A stretch of DNA of 64,000 nt, from the NCBI GenBank assembly GCA_030141605.1, contig JAQGDQ010000216.1, forward strand, positions 310,046 through 374,045, given 5' to 3'. Below, piece after piece: positions 42,435 through 53,700 of this stretch; position 1 is the stretch's first letter; each line of letters opens with the position of its first letter. A model generated the notes under the pieces. The model had not been told where the DNA came from. It was given only the letters and a program-made list of their open reading frames with translations, and searched no databases. Source of the stretch: Tubiluchus corallicola (taxonomy: Eukaryota; Animalia; Priapulida). Made by a program: the position numbers and the translations under genes.

Positions 42435-42992
42435 ATGAGAAGGGCGTTATTGACATTTTTGATTCTATCGTGTTTTGCTGTTGGAGCCATATCACAAGAA
42501 TCACAGGAAAAGAATTTTACCGGTAGATTATCGGTGGGTGCTCAGTTGGGGCAGTATCAAAAGGATTTTGGGTTTGGGATGCATATAACAAGCCCATATT
42601 TTAAAGATTTAGTGGCTGTCAGAGCGAGAGGGAATTTTATGTGGAATGAGTACCTCAGATATACGGGAGACACTGGAGATACTTATATAGCGACCCAGGG
42701 GTCGTATTCAAATGTGTCTATGGGTCTTCTTGCAGGCAGGAAGGTATCAGATTTTGCTCGCTTTTATGGAGAGGCTGGAGCTATTTTTCTGTTTCCGCCA
42801 TGTGCGCTTTCGCCAGACAATTATAATGCCGGATTTTACGGACTGCTCGGTTTCGAATTTTTTATAAGTAAGCGATCCGGCTGTTTTATCGATATAGGTG
42901 GTGTTAAAGGAGCAAGAGCGACTGAAGTGATATATGACCCGTTTTATTCAAACGGATTACTGGTACATGCGGGATACAGGTTTTATTTATAA
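42435..42992 (+). CDS. Small outer-membrane beta-barrel protein
   Basis: Signal peptide, amphipathic strands, C-terminal AGYRFYL. Confidence 0.7.
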   Translation: MRRALLTFLILSCFAVGAISQESQEKNFTGRLSVGAQLGQYQKDFGFGMHITSPYFKDLVAVRARGNFMWNEYLRYTGDTGDTYIATQGSYSNVSMGLLAGRKVSDFARFYGEAGAIFLFPPCALSPDNYNAGFYGLLGFEFFISKRSGCFIDIGGVKGARATEVIYDPFYSNGLLVHAGYRFYL

Positions 42993-43877
42993 GCTGTTGT
43001 TTTGTTCTACAAGCCTGTTAAGTACTGTTTCTACTAGTTTTTCCACAATAGGGTGGTAGTTTTCGTTTGCTTCGCCCGAAGCTCTGTTGGCTATTATTGT
43101 GCACACGGTGAGGGCACGGTGTCCTAGTAAGCGGCTTAGGCCGTATATGCCAGAGCACTCCATTTCTAGGTTGGTTATTTTAAGCCCTTCATATCTAAAT
43201 GTTTTTAGTTTGTTGTTTAGGTTTTTGTCTACAACTTTCAGGCGCAGTTCGCGTCCTTGTGGGCCATAAAACCCCGGAGCAGAGACAGTAATTACTGGAG
43301 CTATATCTTTTTTGCAAATTTTGTTGAAGAGGTGCCTGTCGGCATCGACCACATAAGGAGATGAGAGCATTTTATTCCACGCGGTATGGTTTTTGAAAGC
43401 CTTTTCAAGCTTTAAGTCTGATATGTTAATCCTTTCGGAATAATAGTTGAGTAATCCGTCAAAGCCGATTGCTTTTTGTGACGCAATGTATGAGTTGAGT
43501 TCTGTATCCTCTTGCAGTGAGCCGGATGTCCCTATTCTTACAACGTTTAGTGCTGTGTGTCTCTTTTTGGGGACCCTCTTTTTCAAATCAATATTTACAA
43601 GGGCATCCAACTCATTCATGACAATATCAATATTGTCTGTGCCTATACCTGTAGATAGTGCTGTTATTTTTGTGTTTTTATAGGTTCCTGTTGTGCTGAG
43701 GAACTCCCTGTTCCCGCCACTATAGCTTATAGTGTCAAAGTGGTTCGATATTACTTTTACACGAGCAGGATCTCCAACCAATATAACGTTTTCTGCAAGG
43801 TCTCTGGGTTTCATATGGAGATGAAAGATTGTTCCATCCCTGTTTATGATGAGTTCTGAAGGTTTTATTTTGTGCAT
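42987..43877 (-). CDS. Nucleoside (uridine) phosphorylase family protein
   Basis: VGDPARV, STGIGTDNIDIV, RIGTSGSLQ, GFYGPQGR, NLEME. Confidence 0.92.
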   Translation of the reverse strand: MHKIKPSELIINRDGTIFHLHMKPRDLAENVILVGDPARVKVISNHFDTISYSGGNREFLSTTGTYKNTKITALSTGIGTDNIDIVMNELDALVNIDLKKRVPKKRHTALNVVRIGTSGSLQEDTELNSYIASQKAIGFDGLLNYYSERINISDLKLEKAFKNHTAWNKMLSSPYVVDADRHLFNKICKKDIAPVITVSAPGFYGPQGRELRLKVVDKNLNNKLKTFRYEGLKITNLEMECSGIYGLSRLLGHRALTVCTIIANRASGEANENYHPIVEKLVETVLNRLVEQNNSL

Positions 43878-44231
43878 ATACCGTTTTTCCCTCTTATAGT
43901 TTTACTTGAGTATATAAAATTATTTAAATTTCATTGTGTTGCAAGTCTTTGTTGTCCTGGCATGTGTTTTATAGGTTTTTTGGAGCTGGAGATTTTTGCT
44001 TATGAGGAGGAAAAACTTTGTGAGTGGCAGTAACTTGTTGATGCAATTAGGGGTTTTGAAGATATTTTATGATGAAAAAATAGCAGATAGGCAGGTTAAG
44101 CAGTATGGTATCTTTGTAAATACTCAGGTTTTTATGGTTTATATTTTAACAGATGTTTAACAGTTTTTTTATGGATAGGTTGAAAAAAATTAGCACCTTC
44201 GTGTGTTGTTAACAATTTAAAATAAGGAAAG

Positions 44232-45041
44232 ATGAATTTAAAAAAGACTTATGTTATTGCTGCGGTGGCAGTATTATTTATCATAATATTTTTCGGAAGT
44301 AGTATGTTTTTCACTATTCACCCCGGAGAGAGGGCTGTTATTTTTCGCAAGTTTTCTACCGGGCTGGATAAGGAGAGTGTATATACACCGGGGTTTCATA
44401 TTATAGCACCGTGGAACACCCTTTACATGTATGATGTTAAAGAGCAAAAAGCGGAAGAGACACTTGATGTACTTGACAAGAGCGGGCTTTCTATAAGTGT
44501 GAATGTTTCTGTGCGCTTCAATCCTACATACAATAGGATAGGATATTTGCATGAGGTTTTTGGGAAGGGGTATATCAATCGTCTTATAATACCTGAAGTG
44601 CGATCTACAGTAAGGCGGGTTGCGGGCCGCTATACGGCGGAGGAGATTTATTCTACTAAAAGGGCAGAAGTGGAGTTGGCTATAGAGTTAGAAACCAAGA
44701 GTGTACTGGAAAATAACAATATAGATATGAGAGCTATGCTTATTCGCTCTATCAACCTTCCTAATGAGATTAAGCAGGCTATTGAGAGCAAGCTGAAACA
44801 GGAGCAGGAAGCTTTGGCATACCAGTTTAGGCTTGACAAGGAGAAAAGTGAGGCAGAGAGAAAGCGTATTGAGGCTGAGGGTATAGCAAAATACAATAAT
44901 ATAATTAATGCGTCGCTTACAGAGAGAGTGTTGAAGCAGCGAGGTCTGGAAGCGACTTTGGAGCTGGCTTTGTCCGGTAATAGCAAGGTTGTTGTGATTG
45001 GTTCAGGTAAAGATGGCTTGCCTCTGATACTTGGCAACTAA
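44232..45041 (+). CDS. Prohibitin/SPFH-domain protein
   Basis: N-terminal TM, PGFHIIAPWN, VRSTVR.VAGRYTAEEIYS.KR, EAERKRIEAEG. Confidence 0.92.
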   Translation: MNLKKTYVIAAVAVLFIIIFFGSSMFFTIHPGERAVIFRKFSTGLDKESVYTPGFHIIAPWNTLYMYDVKEQKAEETLDVLDKSGLSISVNVSVRFNPTYNRIGYLHEVFGKGYINRLIIPEVRSTVRRVAGRYTAEEIYSTKRAEVELAIELETKSVLENNNIDMRAMLIRSINLPNEIKQAIESKLKQEQEALAYQFRLDKEKSEAERKRIEAEGIAKYNNIINASLTERVLKQRGLEATLELALSGNSKVVVIGSGKDGLPLILGN

Positions 45042-45118
45042 GTGTACCCAGGAGTAGCTTTATTAGTTGAGTTTATGATAGTAGCATTTTGTATTGCTAT
45101 GTAAAGTTTTTGTGCAGA

Positions 45119-45580
45119 ATGTTGCAGAGAGTTCAGACATTATATTTATTGATATCACTTTTGTTGATTGGCGCAATGTTTTTTGTTTTGTTTGCTACAA
45201 TTACCGGTAGTGACGGTAATTTGTATCAATTTGATATAAAAGGTATTTGGGAAGATAGTGATGAGCATAACATTATTTTTGACGGGTGGCCTGTCGTGGT
45301 GATGGCTGCAATATGCACATTGATAATGTTTTTTGCCGTTTTTTTGTACAAGAGGAGGATTTTGCAGATACGCATGTGTGTGCTTAGCCTTCTTTTGGAT
45401 TTGGGTCTGTCTGGTGTTATTTACTATTTTTCCCGTCATGGAGCAAATTTGCTAAGTGGTTCTTACCGTTTTCAAATAGGAGTTATTTTGCCTCTTATTG
45501 CGGTTATTTTCACCTATCTGGCAATACGGTCTATAGGTAAGGACGAGGCGCTGATACGCTCTTTGGACAGGCTCAGATAA
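45119..45580 (+). CDS. DUF4293-family membrane protein
   Basis: MLQRVQTLYL start, FLYKRRILQ, LAIRSIGKDEALIRSLDRLR end. Confidence 0.88.
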   Translation: MLQRVQTLYLLISLLLIGAMFFVLFATITGSDGNLYQFDIKGIWEDSDEHNIIFDGWPVVVMAAICTLIMFFAVFLYKRRILQIRMCVLSLLLDLGLSGVIYYFSRHGANLLSGSYRFQIGVILPLIAVIFTYLAIRSIGKDEALIRSLDRLR

Positions 45581-45717
45581 GGGGCTGTAAGGCTCATCTT
45601 TTTTATTAATCTTTTTGTTAAGATCCCTATTTGTGCCGATAGGGAGTGTTTTTATCATTGAGTTTTTCCTCAATCGGAACCGGTTTTTTTTGTCTCTCTT
45701 GTAAAGGGTTCATTTTT

Positions 45718-47295
45718 TTAGTTTTTCATCCACCAAAGCTGTTTCCATATCTTTTCACCATCATTTTTTTGCAATACACCCGGTGTGCTTCTCCCTTCTT
45801 CTATGTATTTTGTTAGCAGATTCCTGAGTTCTGTTACCTTTTCAGGATGTTTTTCCTGCATGTTACTTTTTTCAGCCGGGTCTTCTTTCAAGTTGTACAG
45901 TTGCACTAGTGGTAATTGTTCGATTACCTTGCTGTTTTCAGGTCTTGGGAAGCTCCATCCACCTGAGCCGGGACACATAATGAGCTTCCAGTCTCCTTTG
46001 CGAATGGCAAAGCTTCCGTTAATGGAGTGGTGTACTGTTGCTTCCCGGTAGTTTCTGCCAGTAACAGTCTGTTTAAATAGAGGTATCATGCTGTAACTAT
46101 CCTCTGCTTCATTGCTTTGTAGTTTGTGTCCGGTAATTTCGGCGCAGGTGGCAGCGAGGTCGGTGGTGCAAATCACCTGGTCTGAGGAGGTGCCGGCTTT
46201 AATAACTTTAGGCCATTTTGCGATGAAAGGGACTCTATGCCCACCTTCAAAAATATCGGCTTTATGTCCCCGATAAGTGGCGCTTGGATTATGCCCTTTT
46301 TCCAATAGTTCGGGGTATCCTGCTTCTGGTGAGCAACCATTGTCTGATGTAAAAATAATCAGTGTATTGTCCTCTATTCCCGATTTTTTAACGACATCGA
46401 TTAGCTGTCCCATGTAGTTGTCGATCAACATCACAAAGTCACCATATGGGTTTAGCCCACTCTTACCTTTCCACTCTTTTGTGGGTAAGATAGGTGTATG
46501 TGGTGATGGTAAAGGGAGGTAAAGAAAGAAAGGCTTATTGCCTTCTGCATGTTCCCGGACATATTTGATGCTACGCCGAAAGAAGTTTGGAGTTACATCC
46601 TCGTGAATAAAATCTGGTGCTGTTAAGCCATTTCGCCACCATCCATATTTATCTTTACTTTCTGTTTTTTCTGTTGGTATGGCAGTGGCTTTTCCATTTT
46701 CGACATAGACATAAGGGCTCATGTCAAGTGAGCCACAGTGGGCGTAAGCGTAGTCAAAGCCTAAGTCGTTGGGGGTATGGGTGATCTCTTTGGAAAAGTC
46801 AATGTTTCCGTCTTCACCTTTTGCCCAGTTCCACCCCAAGTGCCATTTTCCAATACATGCATTATGGTAACCGGCCTTTTTCAAAATGGAGGCTACTGTT
46901 GACCTGTCATTCGGAATTAGTGCAGGCGATTTTCCACTTAAAACGCCTTTTTTTAGGGTTGAGCGCCAATTGTAACGCCCGGTTAAAATACCATAACGGG
47001 TGGGGGTGCATACTGATGATGATGTGTGTGCATCGGTAAATATCATCCCCTCTTGTGCCAATTTGTTTAAGGAAGGTGTCGGGATTTTTGAGTCGGGGTT
47101 GAATGCTTCGATGTCTCCATATCCGAGGTCATCTGCCAGAACATATATGATATTGGGTAGTTTTTGGGCTGGCGTATGTGTCGCGAAAAGCAGAAGTAAC
47201 AGAGATAGACGGGTTTTGTGGTTCAGTGTTTTTTGAACTGTCGTGGCTGAAATTGTCAAGAGCTGACCGACAAGAGAGAGGAGAGGTGTTTTCAT
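45718..47295 (-). CDS. Arylsulfatase (S1 family, Cys-type)
   Basis: PNIIYVLADDLGYGD, CTPTR signature, GKWHLG, FTSDNG, EGGHRVPF. Confidence 0.95.
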   Translation of the reverse strand: MKTPLLSLVGQLLTISATTVQKTLNHKTRLSLLLLLFATHTPAQKLPNIIYVLADDLGYGDIEAFNPDSKIPTPSLNKLAQEGMIFTDAHTSSSVCTPTRYGILTGRYNWRSTLKKGVLSGKSPALIPNDRSTVASILKKAGYHNACIGKWHLGWNWAKGEDGNIDFSKEITHTPNDLGFDYAYAHCGSLDMSPYVYVENGKATAIPTEKTESKDKYGWWRNGLTAPDFIHEDVTPNFFRRSIKYVREHAEGNKPFFLYLPLPSPHTPILPTKEWKGKSGLNPYGDFVMLIDNYMGQLIDVVKKSGIEDNTLIIFTSDNGCSPEAGYPELLEKGHNPSATYRGHKADIFEGGHRVPFIAKWPKVIKAGTSSDQVICTTDLAATCAEITGHKLQSNEAEDSYSMIPLFKQTVTGRNYREATVHHSINGSFAIRKGDWKLIMCPGSGGWSFPRPENSKVIEQLPLVQLYNLKEDPAEKSNMQEKHPEKVTELRNLLTKYIEEGRSTPGVLQKNDGEKIWKQLWWMKN

Positions 47296-47619
47296 GTTGA
47301 TTTATAGTAGTTTATAATATTCTTTAGAAGGTAATAATGTAAAATAAAATAAAGGTGTAGTAAAAGTATAATAAAAAAGGGATTTATCTGCGTTTAAGGT
47401 TTGTAAGTTTAGTGGTACTATAGAAGTTGAAGGCGGAGGCCTTTGTAAAGTTTGTCTTTTTTACCTGCCTTTTGCATGAGCGGGCTGAAAATTTTCAGTG
47501 GTCTTTTTCATTGGGATCCAAGTTGTTCCATTTTGGGAAGGTTTATTTTATGTGCAATTGTCTGTGTGTTGCATCTGCCTTGTTGCGCTGTGTCTGTAGT
47601 GTTTTTTAGAATTAGTTTC

Positions 47620-47627
47620 TATCTTTG
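47620..47627 (+). promoter_or_regulatory. Bacteroidota -7 promoter element TATCTTTG
   Basis: Matches TAnnTTTG, 6 bp before the ATG at 47634; no clear -33 element. Confidence 0.5.
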
Positions 47628-47633
47628 TTTTCT

Positions 47634-48002
47634 ATGAGAAGGAGGAAGCGTATAGTGTTTTTTTATCCATCGTTGTGTCTTTTGCTTGTATACTTAGCTG
47701 CAGCAGCAGGTATGATTATAAACCGGCATACTCATGTTTTGCATAATGGTGTATTTATTACTCATTCTCATCCTTTTACAAAGGATATTTCTGAGGGAGA
47801 TGGAGGGCAAGATCACACACATACCCGGGAAGAGTATACTTTTTACCATTTTTTTAACGGCCTGGCGGATAGTTTAGATTTTTTGTCCAACGGAGTTGAT
47901 GTAATACTTCCTACAGTTCAGTTTGAGTCTGTCAGCCTGGCAGGTTATACCGGAACAGGAGAGATATTTTATCATACAGGTCGCTCTCCTCCCTATATAT
48001 AG
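47634..48002 (+). CDS. His-rich small membrane protein ending GRSPP; candidate regulatory uORF
   Basis: Basic N-terminus plus hydrophobic helix, HTH..H, HSHP and HTH motifs, C-terminal RSPP; directly upstream of a TonB receptor. Confidence 0.7.
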   Translation: MRRRKRIVFFYPSLCLLLVYLAAAAGMIINRHTHVLHNGVFITHSHPFTKDISEGDGGQDHTHTREEYTFYHFFNGLADSLDFLSNGVDVILPTVQFESVSLAGYTGTGEIFYHTGRSPPYI

Positions 48003-48047
48003 TTTTCATTTTGAGCTTTTTGCAAATTCATATTTATTTTTAAAGAT

Positions 48048-48078
48048 TTATCTGATACTTATCTGATACTTATCTGAT
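48048..48078 (+). repeat. 11-bp tandem repeat (ttatctgatac) x~2.8
   Basis: ttatctgatac ttatctgatac ttatctgat. Confidence 0.85.
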
Positions 48079-48154
48079 GTATTGCATAGGCTGCTATATA
48101 CCAGTATTAAAGTTTAATCAATTTGGTGTTTAATAATTGTAATAATATTATACG

Positions 48155-50548
48155 ATGATATTAAGAAATATTGTTGCGATGGCACTTGTTGTCGCATTTC
48201 CATTTTATAGTGCTGCTCAAAGTCAGGGTGGTAGTAACACAAAAAGAAGTAATACTGATGCCAATATTATGGGGCATGTAACGTGCGAAGGGGAGCACGT
48301 AGAGTTTGCGAGTATTATAATAGAGGGTACAACGATAGGTATTGCTACTGATGAGACGGGTCATTTTATGCTTGTAAACTTGCCTGTAGGCCGGCAAAAA
48401 GTTCGCGTCAGGGCTATGGGGTTCACTAGTGTAGTTAAAGATGTTGACCTTGAGAGAGGAAAAACAGTTGAGCTCAACTTTGATATAGAGAGAGATAATA
48501 TAGGGCTTAATACTATAGTTGTGTCGGCAAACAGGAATGAGCAGAATTTGAAAACGGCAGTAACGGTGGTGAATAGTATTCCCCAGAAATTGCTCGAGCG
48601 AGTAAATGCCGCAACATTGAGCGAGGGGCTTAGTTTTGCACCCGGGATACGTATGGAGAATAATTGTCAAAACTGTGGATTTACACAGGTTAGGATGAAT
48701 GGGTTGGAGGGACATTATTCTCAGATATTGATAAATAGTCGTCCTATTTTCAGTGGGTTGGCAGGGATTTACGGACTTGAAATGATTCCTGCAAATATGA
48801 TTGACAGGATAGAGGTTGTAAGGGGTGGAGGTTCTGCTCTTTACGGTTCAAGCGCTATAGCGGGTACGATAAACGTTATTACGAGAGATCCTGTAAGGAA
48901 CAGCTATCAGATAGCGGGCAATTACAGCGGTATAGGTGCTGGAACTGATGGGACCCCTGCAAGTGACTACAATATGAGCTTTAACGCATCTGTAGTTGCA
49001 AAAGATTATCGTTCGGGAGTGAGTGTATATGGTTTTCACCGTGATAGAGGAGCATATGATGCAAATAACGACGGCTTTTCTGAGTTATCTACAATAAGTA
49101 ATAGTTCTATGGGGCTCAGGGGGTACTATCGTTTGCGAAATAGAAGCAAGATAACTTTTGACTATTTTCATATTGGAGAGGGTAGAAGAGGGGGGAATAA
49201 GTTTGATTTGCCACTTCATGAGGCAGATATTTCGGAAGCTGTAGTCCACAAAATAAATACAGGTGCGGTGATGTGGGAGAAGTTTACCAGTGAGTTCAAT
49301 AAGTTGTCACTATTCGGGTCTATGCAGCATATAGAGAGGGATAGCTACTACGGTGCAGAGCAGGATCCGTCTGCATTTGGAAAAACGAATGGCCTGACCT
49401 ATTCACTGGGTGGGCAGTACTCTCATGATTTTAATCAGATCCCTATTGGTTCAGCGGAACTTATAGTTGGGTTAGAAAATAGTGGAGATATCCTGGAGGA
49501 TGATAAGCTCGGGTATTTTAATCATGAAGAGAGCATATTTGTTGATGGGACAAAGATTGCCAGCCAGAGAGTGAATACGGCCAGTGCTTTCGCTCAGGGA
49601 GAGTGGTTGGTTAACCGGCTTAAAGTAGGTCTTGGCGGGCGTTTAGATTATTATTATATAAGAGATGAAGTGGGAGAGTCTGATGATAGTGAAGGGTTTG
49701 TAGTAAGTCCCCGGGTAAGTACAATGTATGATATAACGAGTGAAATAAAGTTCAGAGCTAGCTATGCTAAGGGCTTTAGGACTCCGCAGATATTTGATGA
49801 AGATCTGCATATTGCAACATCGGGATTGAGAAAGATTATTTATAAGAATGCTGACGGACTTAAGCAGGAGACATCTCACAGCTTTTCCTCGTCACTTAAC
49901 TGGGCAACTACTGCGGGTAGCACTCAGACAGACATTCTTGTGGAAGGCTTTTACACCAGGCTTAAAGATCCATTCTCCATTGATTATGGTGAGTCTGATG
50001 AAAATGGCGTAGCGGTAAATACGCGAATAAATGCAGAGAGTGCTACTGTGGCCGGGGTAAATATTGAGTTTAATGCTGCATTTTCTTACAGGTTCCAGAT
50101 GCAGTCCGGCTTTACTCTGCAGCAAAGCAGATATAGCAAGCCTCAGGAGGATTTTGATGAGGCGAAGTTTTACCGAACGCCGGAGTCATATGGGTACCTC
50201 TCTTTTGACTGGGGTTTTCTTCCCGGATTTTGCTTTTCATCTACAGCAAATTATACAGGAAAAATGCTTGTTCCCTATTTTTGGACAGAGACTATTGAAG
50301 GAGAGGAGGTTGAAAATAGCGAGTTGCGCAGAACATCCCCATTTTTTGAGCTGGGGTTAAAGCTGGCTTATGACGAGATATCGCTTGGCGGCGATGCAAA
50401 GCTGGAACTTTCGTGTGGAGTGAAGAACCTGTTAAATTCATACCAAAACGATTTTGATACGGGAATTAATAGAGATCCCGGCTATGTGTATGGGCCACTG
50501 GTGCCACGCACGGTTTTTATAGGGGTGAGGATAGGAAATCTATTTTAG
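48155..50548 (+). CDS. TonB-dependent receptor (non-SusC, probably for a metal or cofactor)
   Basis: Carboxypeptidase-regulatory-like N-domain, plug ENNCQNCGFTQVRMNGLEG, IEVVRGGGSALYGS.AIAG.INVIT, C-terminal Phe. Confidence 0.93.
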   Translation: MILRNIVAMALVVAFPFYSAAQSQGGSNTKRSNTDANIMGHVTCEGEHVEFASIIIEGTTIGIATDETGHFMLVNLPVGRQKVRVRAMGFTSVVKDVDLERGKTVELNFDIERDNIGLNTIVVSANRNEQNLKTAVTVVNSIPQKLLERVNAATLSEGLSFAPGIRMENNCQNCGFTQVRMNGLEGHYSQILINSRPIFSGLAGIYGLEMIPANMIDRIEVVRGGGSALYGSSAIAGTINVITRDPVRNSYQIAGNYSGIGAGTDGTPASDYNMSFNASVVAKDYRSGVSVYGFHRDRGAYDANNDGFSELSTISNSSMGLRGYYRLRNRSKITFDYFHIGEGRRGGNKFDLPLHEADISEAVVHKINTGAVMWEKFTSEFNKLSLFGSMQHIERDSYYGAEQDPSAFGKTNGLTYSLGGQYSHDFNQIPIGSAELIVGLENSGDILEDDKLGYFNHEESIFVDGTKIASQRVNTASAFAQGEWLVNRLKVGLGGRLDYYYIRDEVGESDDSEGFVVSPRVSTMYDITSEIKFRASYAKGFRTPQIFDEDLHIATSGLRKIIYKNADGLKQETSHSFSSSLNWATTAGSTQTDILVEGFYTRLKDPFSIDYGESDENGVAVNTRINAESATVAGVNIEFNAAFSYRFQMQSGFTLQQSRYSKPQEDFDEAKFYRTPESYGYLSFDWGFLPGFCFSSTANYTGKMLVPYFWTETIEGEEVENSELRRTSPFFELGLKLAYDEISLGGDAKLELSCGVKNLLNSYQNDFDTGINRDPGYVYGPLVPRTVFIGVRIGNLF

Positions 50549-50561
50549 AGTAGTGTAAGGG

Positions 50562-50599
50562 TTTCTTTACGTTCTTTTGTTTTGATAGAAAAGAATCAA
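50562..50599 (+). repeat. Dispersed hairpin repeat, truncated copy
   Basis: tttctttacgttcttttgttttgatagaaaagaatcaa, same family as 11960-12359. Confidence 0.88.
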
Positions 50600-50744
50600 C
50601 TATCCTGGGTGCTATAGGACTACTAGGGATTTTTAACCTTTTTTAATAAAAGAATTTAGTATCTTTGCAGTGTATTAATAATTTGATTTGCAGTGTTACA
50701 CAAATAGTGCAGTTCATTGGTGTAAAATTAAAAACAGAATTTGG

Positions 50745-53700
50745 ATGAAAACTTTTTTAAAAGCTTTAAAATCAGTCACAGCATTGTTGTTTCTTTTATT
50801 CCTGGCTATTACATTGGGATGTAAAAAAGGGGATGAAAAACCACCTCTCTCCGATGAGAATCTGATTACTGAGTTTGCGTTTAGGAAAAGTGTCAATGGG
50901 TCATTAGCTGTCGATGTAGATGCGGGTGTAATCACAGGCACAGAAATTGAGCTAAAAGTTCCTTTTAGTACAAACCTTTTTCTAATCCCTACAATAGTGG
51001 TATCTGATGGTGCCACTATTAGTCCTGAAAGTGGAGTGGGTATAATCTTTGAAGAAACAAACCCTACAACTTACACAGTAACAGCGGAGAATGGCGACGA
51101 GCGGGAGTATAAAGTAACAGTTACGAAGTTACCTGGAAGTAGTGCAAACTCGATTACGAGCTATGTATTTGAGGCAGATAAAAATAGTGATAAAGGATTA
51201 ACTAAAGATGTAAAGGCGGAAGATGTTACAGGCCCAGATATCACACTCACAGTACCTTTTGGTACAGCCCTCGAGTTAACTCCTACAATAGAGATATCGG
51301 ATGGTGCCACTATTAATCCTGCTAGTGGAGTGCCTGTAAACTTTGGACTACTAAACCATCTAACCTACACAGTAACAGCGGAGAATGGCGACGAGCAGGA
51401 TTATAAAGTAACAGTTACTGTAGCAGAAAATACCGAATGTGAAATCAAAACTTTTGTGTTTGAGGAAAAAAATAATGAGAATAATTTATATGTCGATGTA
51501 GATGCGGGCGTAATTACAGGCCCAGATATCACACTCACAGTACCTTTTGGTACAGCCCTCGAGTTAACTCCTACAATAGAGATATCGGATGGTGCCACTA
51601 TTAATCCTGCTAGTGGAGTGCCTGTAAACTTTGAAGAAACAAACCCTACAACTTACACAGTAACAGCGGAGAATGGCGACGACAAGCAGTATTATACAGT
51701 AACAGTTGAAGTAGCACAAAATACCGAATGTGAAATCAAAACTTTTGTGTTTGAGGAAAAAAATAATGAGAATAATTTATATGTCGATGTAGATGCGGGC
51801 GTAATTACAGGCACAGATATCCCACTCATAGTACCTTTTGGTACAGACCTCGAGTTAACTCCTACAATAGGAATATCGGATGGTGCCACTATTAGTCCGG
51901 ATAGTGGTGAATCTGTGGACTTTTCCAGCAGCGCCACACAAGCTGTAGAATACACAGTAACATCAGAAGATAATACTACTACTGAGACTTATAGAGTAGT
52001 AGTTACTGTAGCATCTGAAACAGACAAAGAGATTACGAGCTTTGTGTTTGAGGCAGATAAAAATAGTGATAAAGGATTAACTAAAGATGTAGTGGCGGAA
52101 GATGTTACAGGTCCGGATATCACATTAATAGTACCTTATAATACAAATGTAGCATCATTAACTCCTACAATTACAATAAAAGGTAAACACATCACTCCTA
52201 AAAGTGGAGAGGCAATAAGTTTCGAGAGTTTTGTAACCTATACAGTAACAGCAGGGGATGACACGACTCAGGATTATAAAGTAACAGTTAATAAAGAGGA
52301 GGCTAGCACAGCAAGCGACATACTCCGCTTTGCATTTGAGGTAGGGGATAATAAAGATAAATTAACTGAAGACGTAGTTGTGGAAAATATTACAAGCACA
52401 GATATCACACTCGAAGTACCTTATGGCACAAACCTCGAGCTAATCCCCAGAATAGAGATATCGGAGTATGCTTCAATAGATCCTGAAAGTGGTGTATTAA
52501 ATGATTTTTCCAACAGTGAATCAGCACCTGTAGAATACGAAGTAACAGCTCAAGATGATGAAACCACTAAGGTTTACGAAGTAACAGTAAAAGAAACGCC
52601 AGCAAGTGACGAAAAAGAGATCACTCTCTTTGACTTTGAAGTATCAGACAACCCTACATATATAGAAGAAAAAGTGGAGGGTGATATTTCACCTGAAGAC
52701 AATACAATTAGATTAAAGGTACCTTTTGGTACAGACGTGCATTCACTAAGGCCCAGAATAGAGATATCGGAGTATGCTTCAATAAGTCCTGAAAGTGGTG
52801 TATTAAATGATTTTTCCAACAGTGAATCAGCACCTGTAGAATACGAAGTAACAGCTCAAGATGAAACTTCCCAGACTTATTATGTAACCGTAGTCATCGA
52901 AAATATACCACGCCCCACTTTCACTGTTTTAAGTTATAATAATGGAGCCAATCGTATAGGAGCCGGAGACTTAGAAAAGCCGGATCTGTTTCAGATAGGA
53001 GATCTTCAGGATGGTAGTTATGACTATTCACTAAAGATAGACAACAAAGATGCAGGAGGTGGTACATTATCAGTATTGGGTGGTAAAGCCTCAATAGGCA
53101 GTACGCTGCTTGCTTCTGACTGGAATGAAATAGATGATGGCAATATTACCATTGTATTAACCTTAGAAGGTTCTACCTTTAGCTACAACACTACCAAAGA
53201 GCAGTATAGTGTAAAGAGTTGGCAGGATCTTCAGGGGATGAAGTACGGTTTGTCAGGTGACTACACTTACACTTTGATGAATGATATAGAGCTGCCTGAC
53301 CCCTCCCAAACAGGAGGCACTTTCCCGGAGGAGCTTCCTGCAGCAGGTTTTGACCCTGTGGGTGGTGGCAGTAATAGATTTACAGGTTCATTTAGTTCAG
53401 CTAGTGGAGAGATATATGTAATAAGCAACCTATTTATAGATAGAGGAAATGATGAATATGTAGGGCTGTTTGCTTATGCATTCAATGCAACCATTGAGAA
53501 TGTTGGAATAGAAATATCAGATGGTGGTGTGACGGGGCATGAATATGCTGGTGGCCTGATGGGGTATAATCGTAGTAGTACTGTTAATAATATTACCATT
53601 ACCGGTGGTAGTATAAAGTCAACAAGAACAGGTTCTGATGGTGACGACGGGTGTGTTGGCAGCCTGGTGGGGTGTAATTTCGAGGGCAGTATAACCAACT

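Noticed and set aside
47300-47620. Cobalamin riboswitch upstream of the TonB receptor
   Set aside because: An isolated gggaag is present but the conserved B12-box elements (gccactg, cccgcaactgt) are not recognisable
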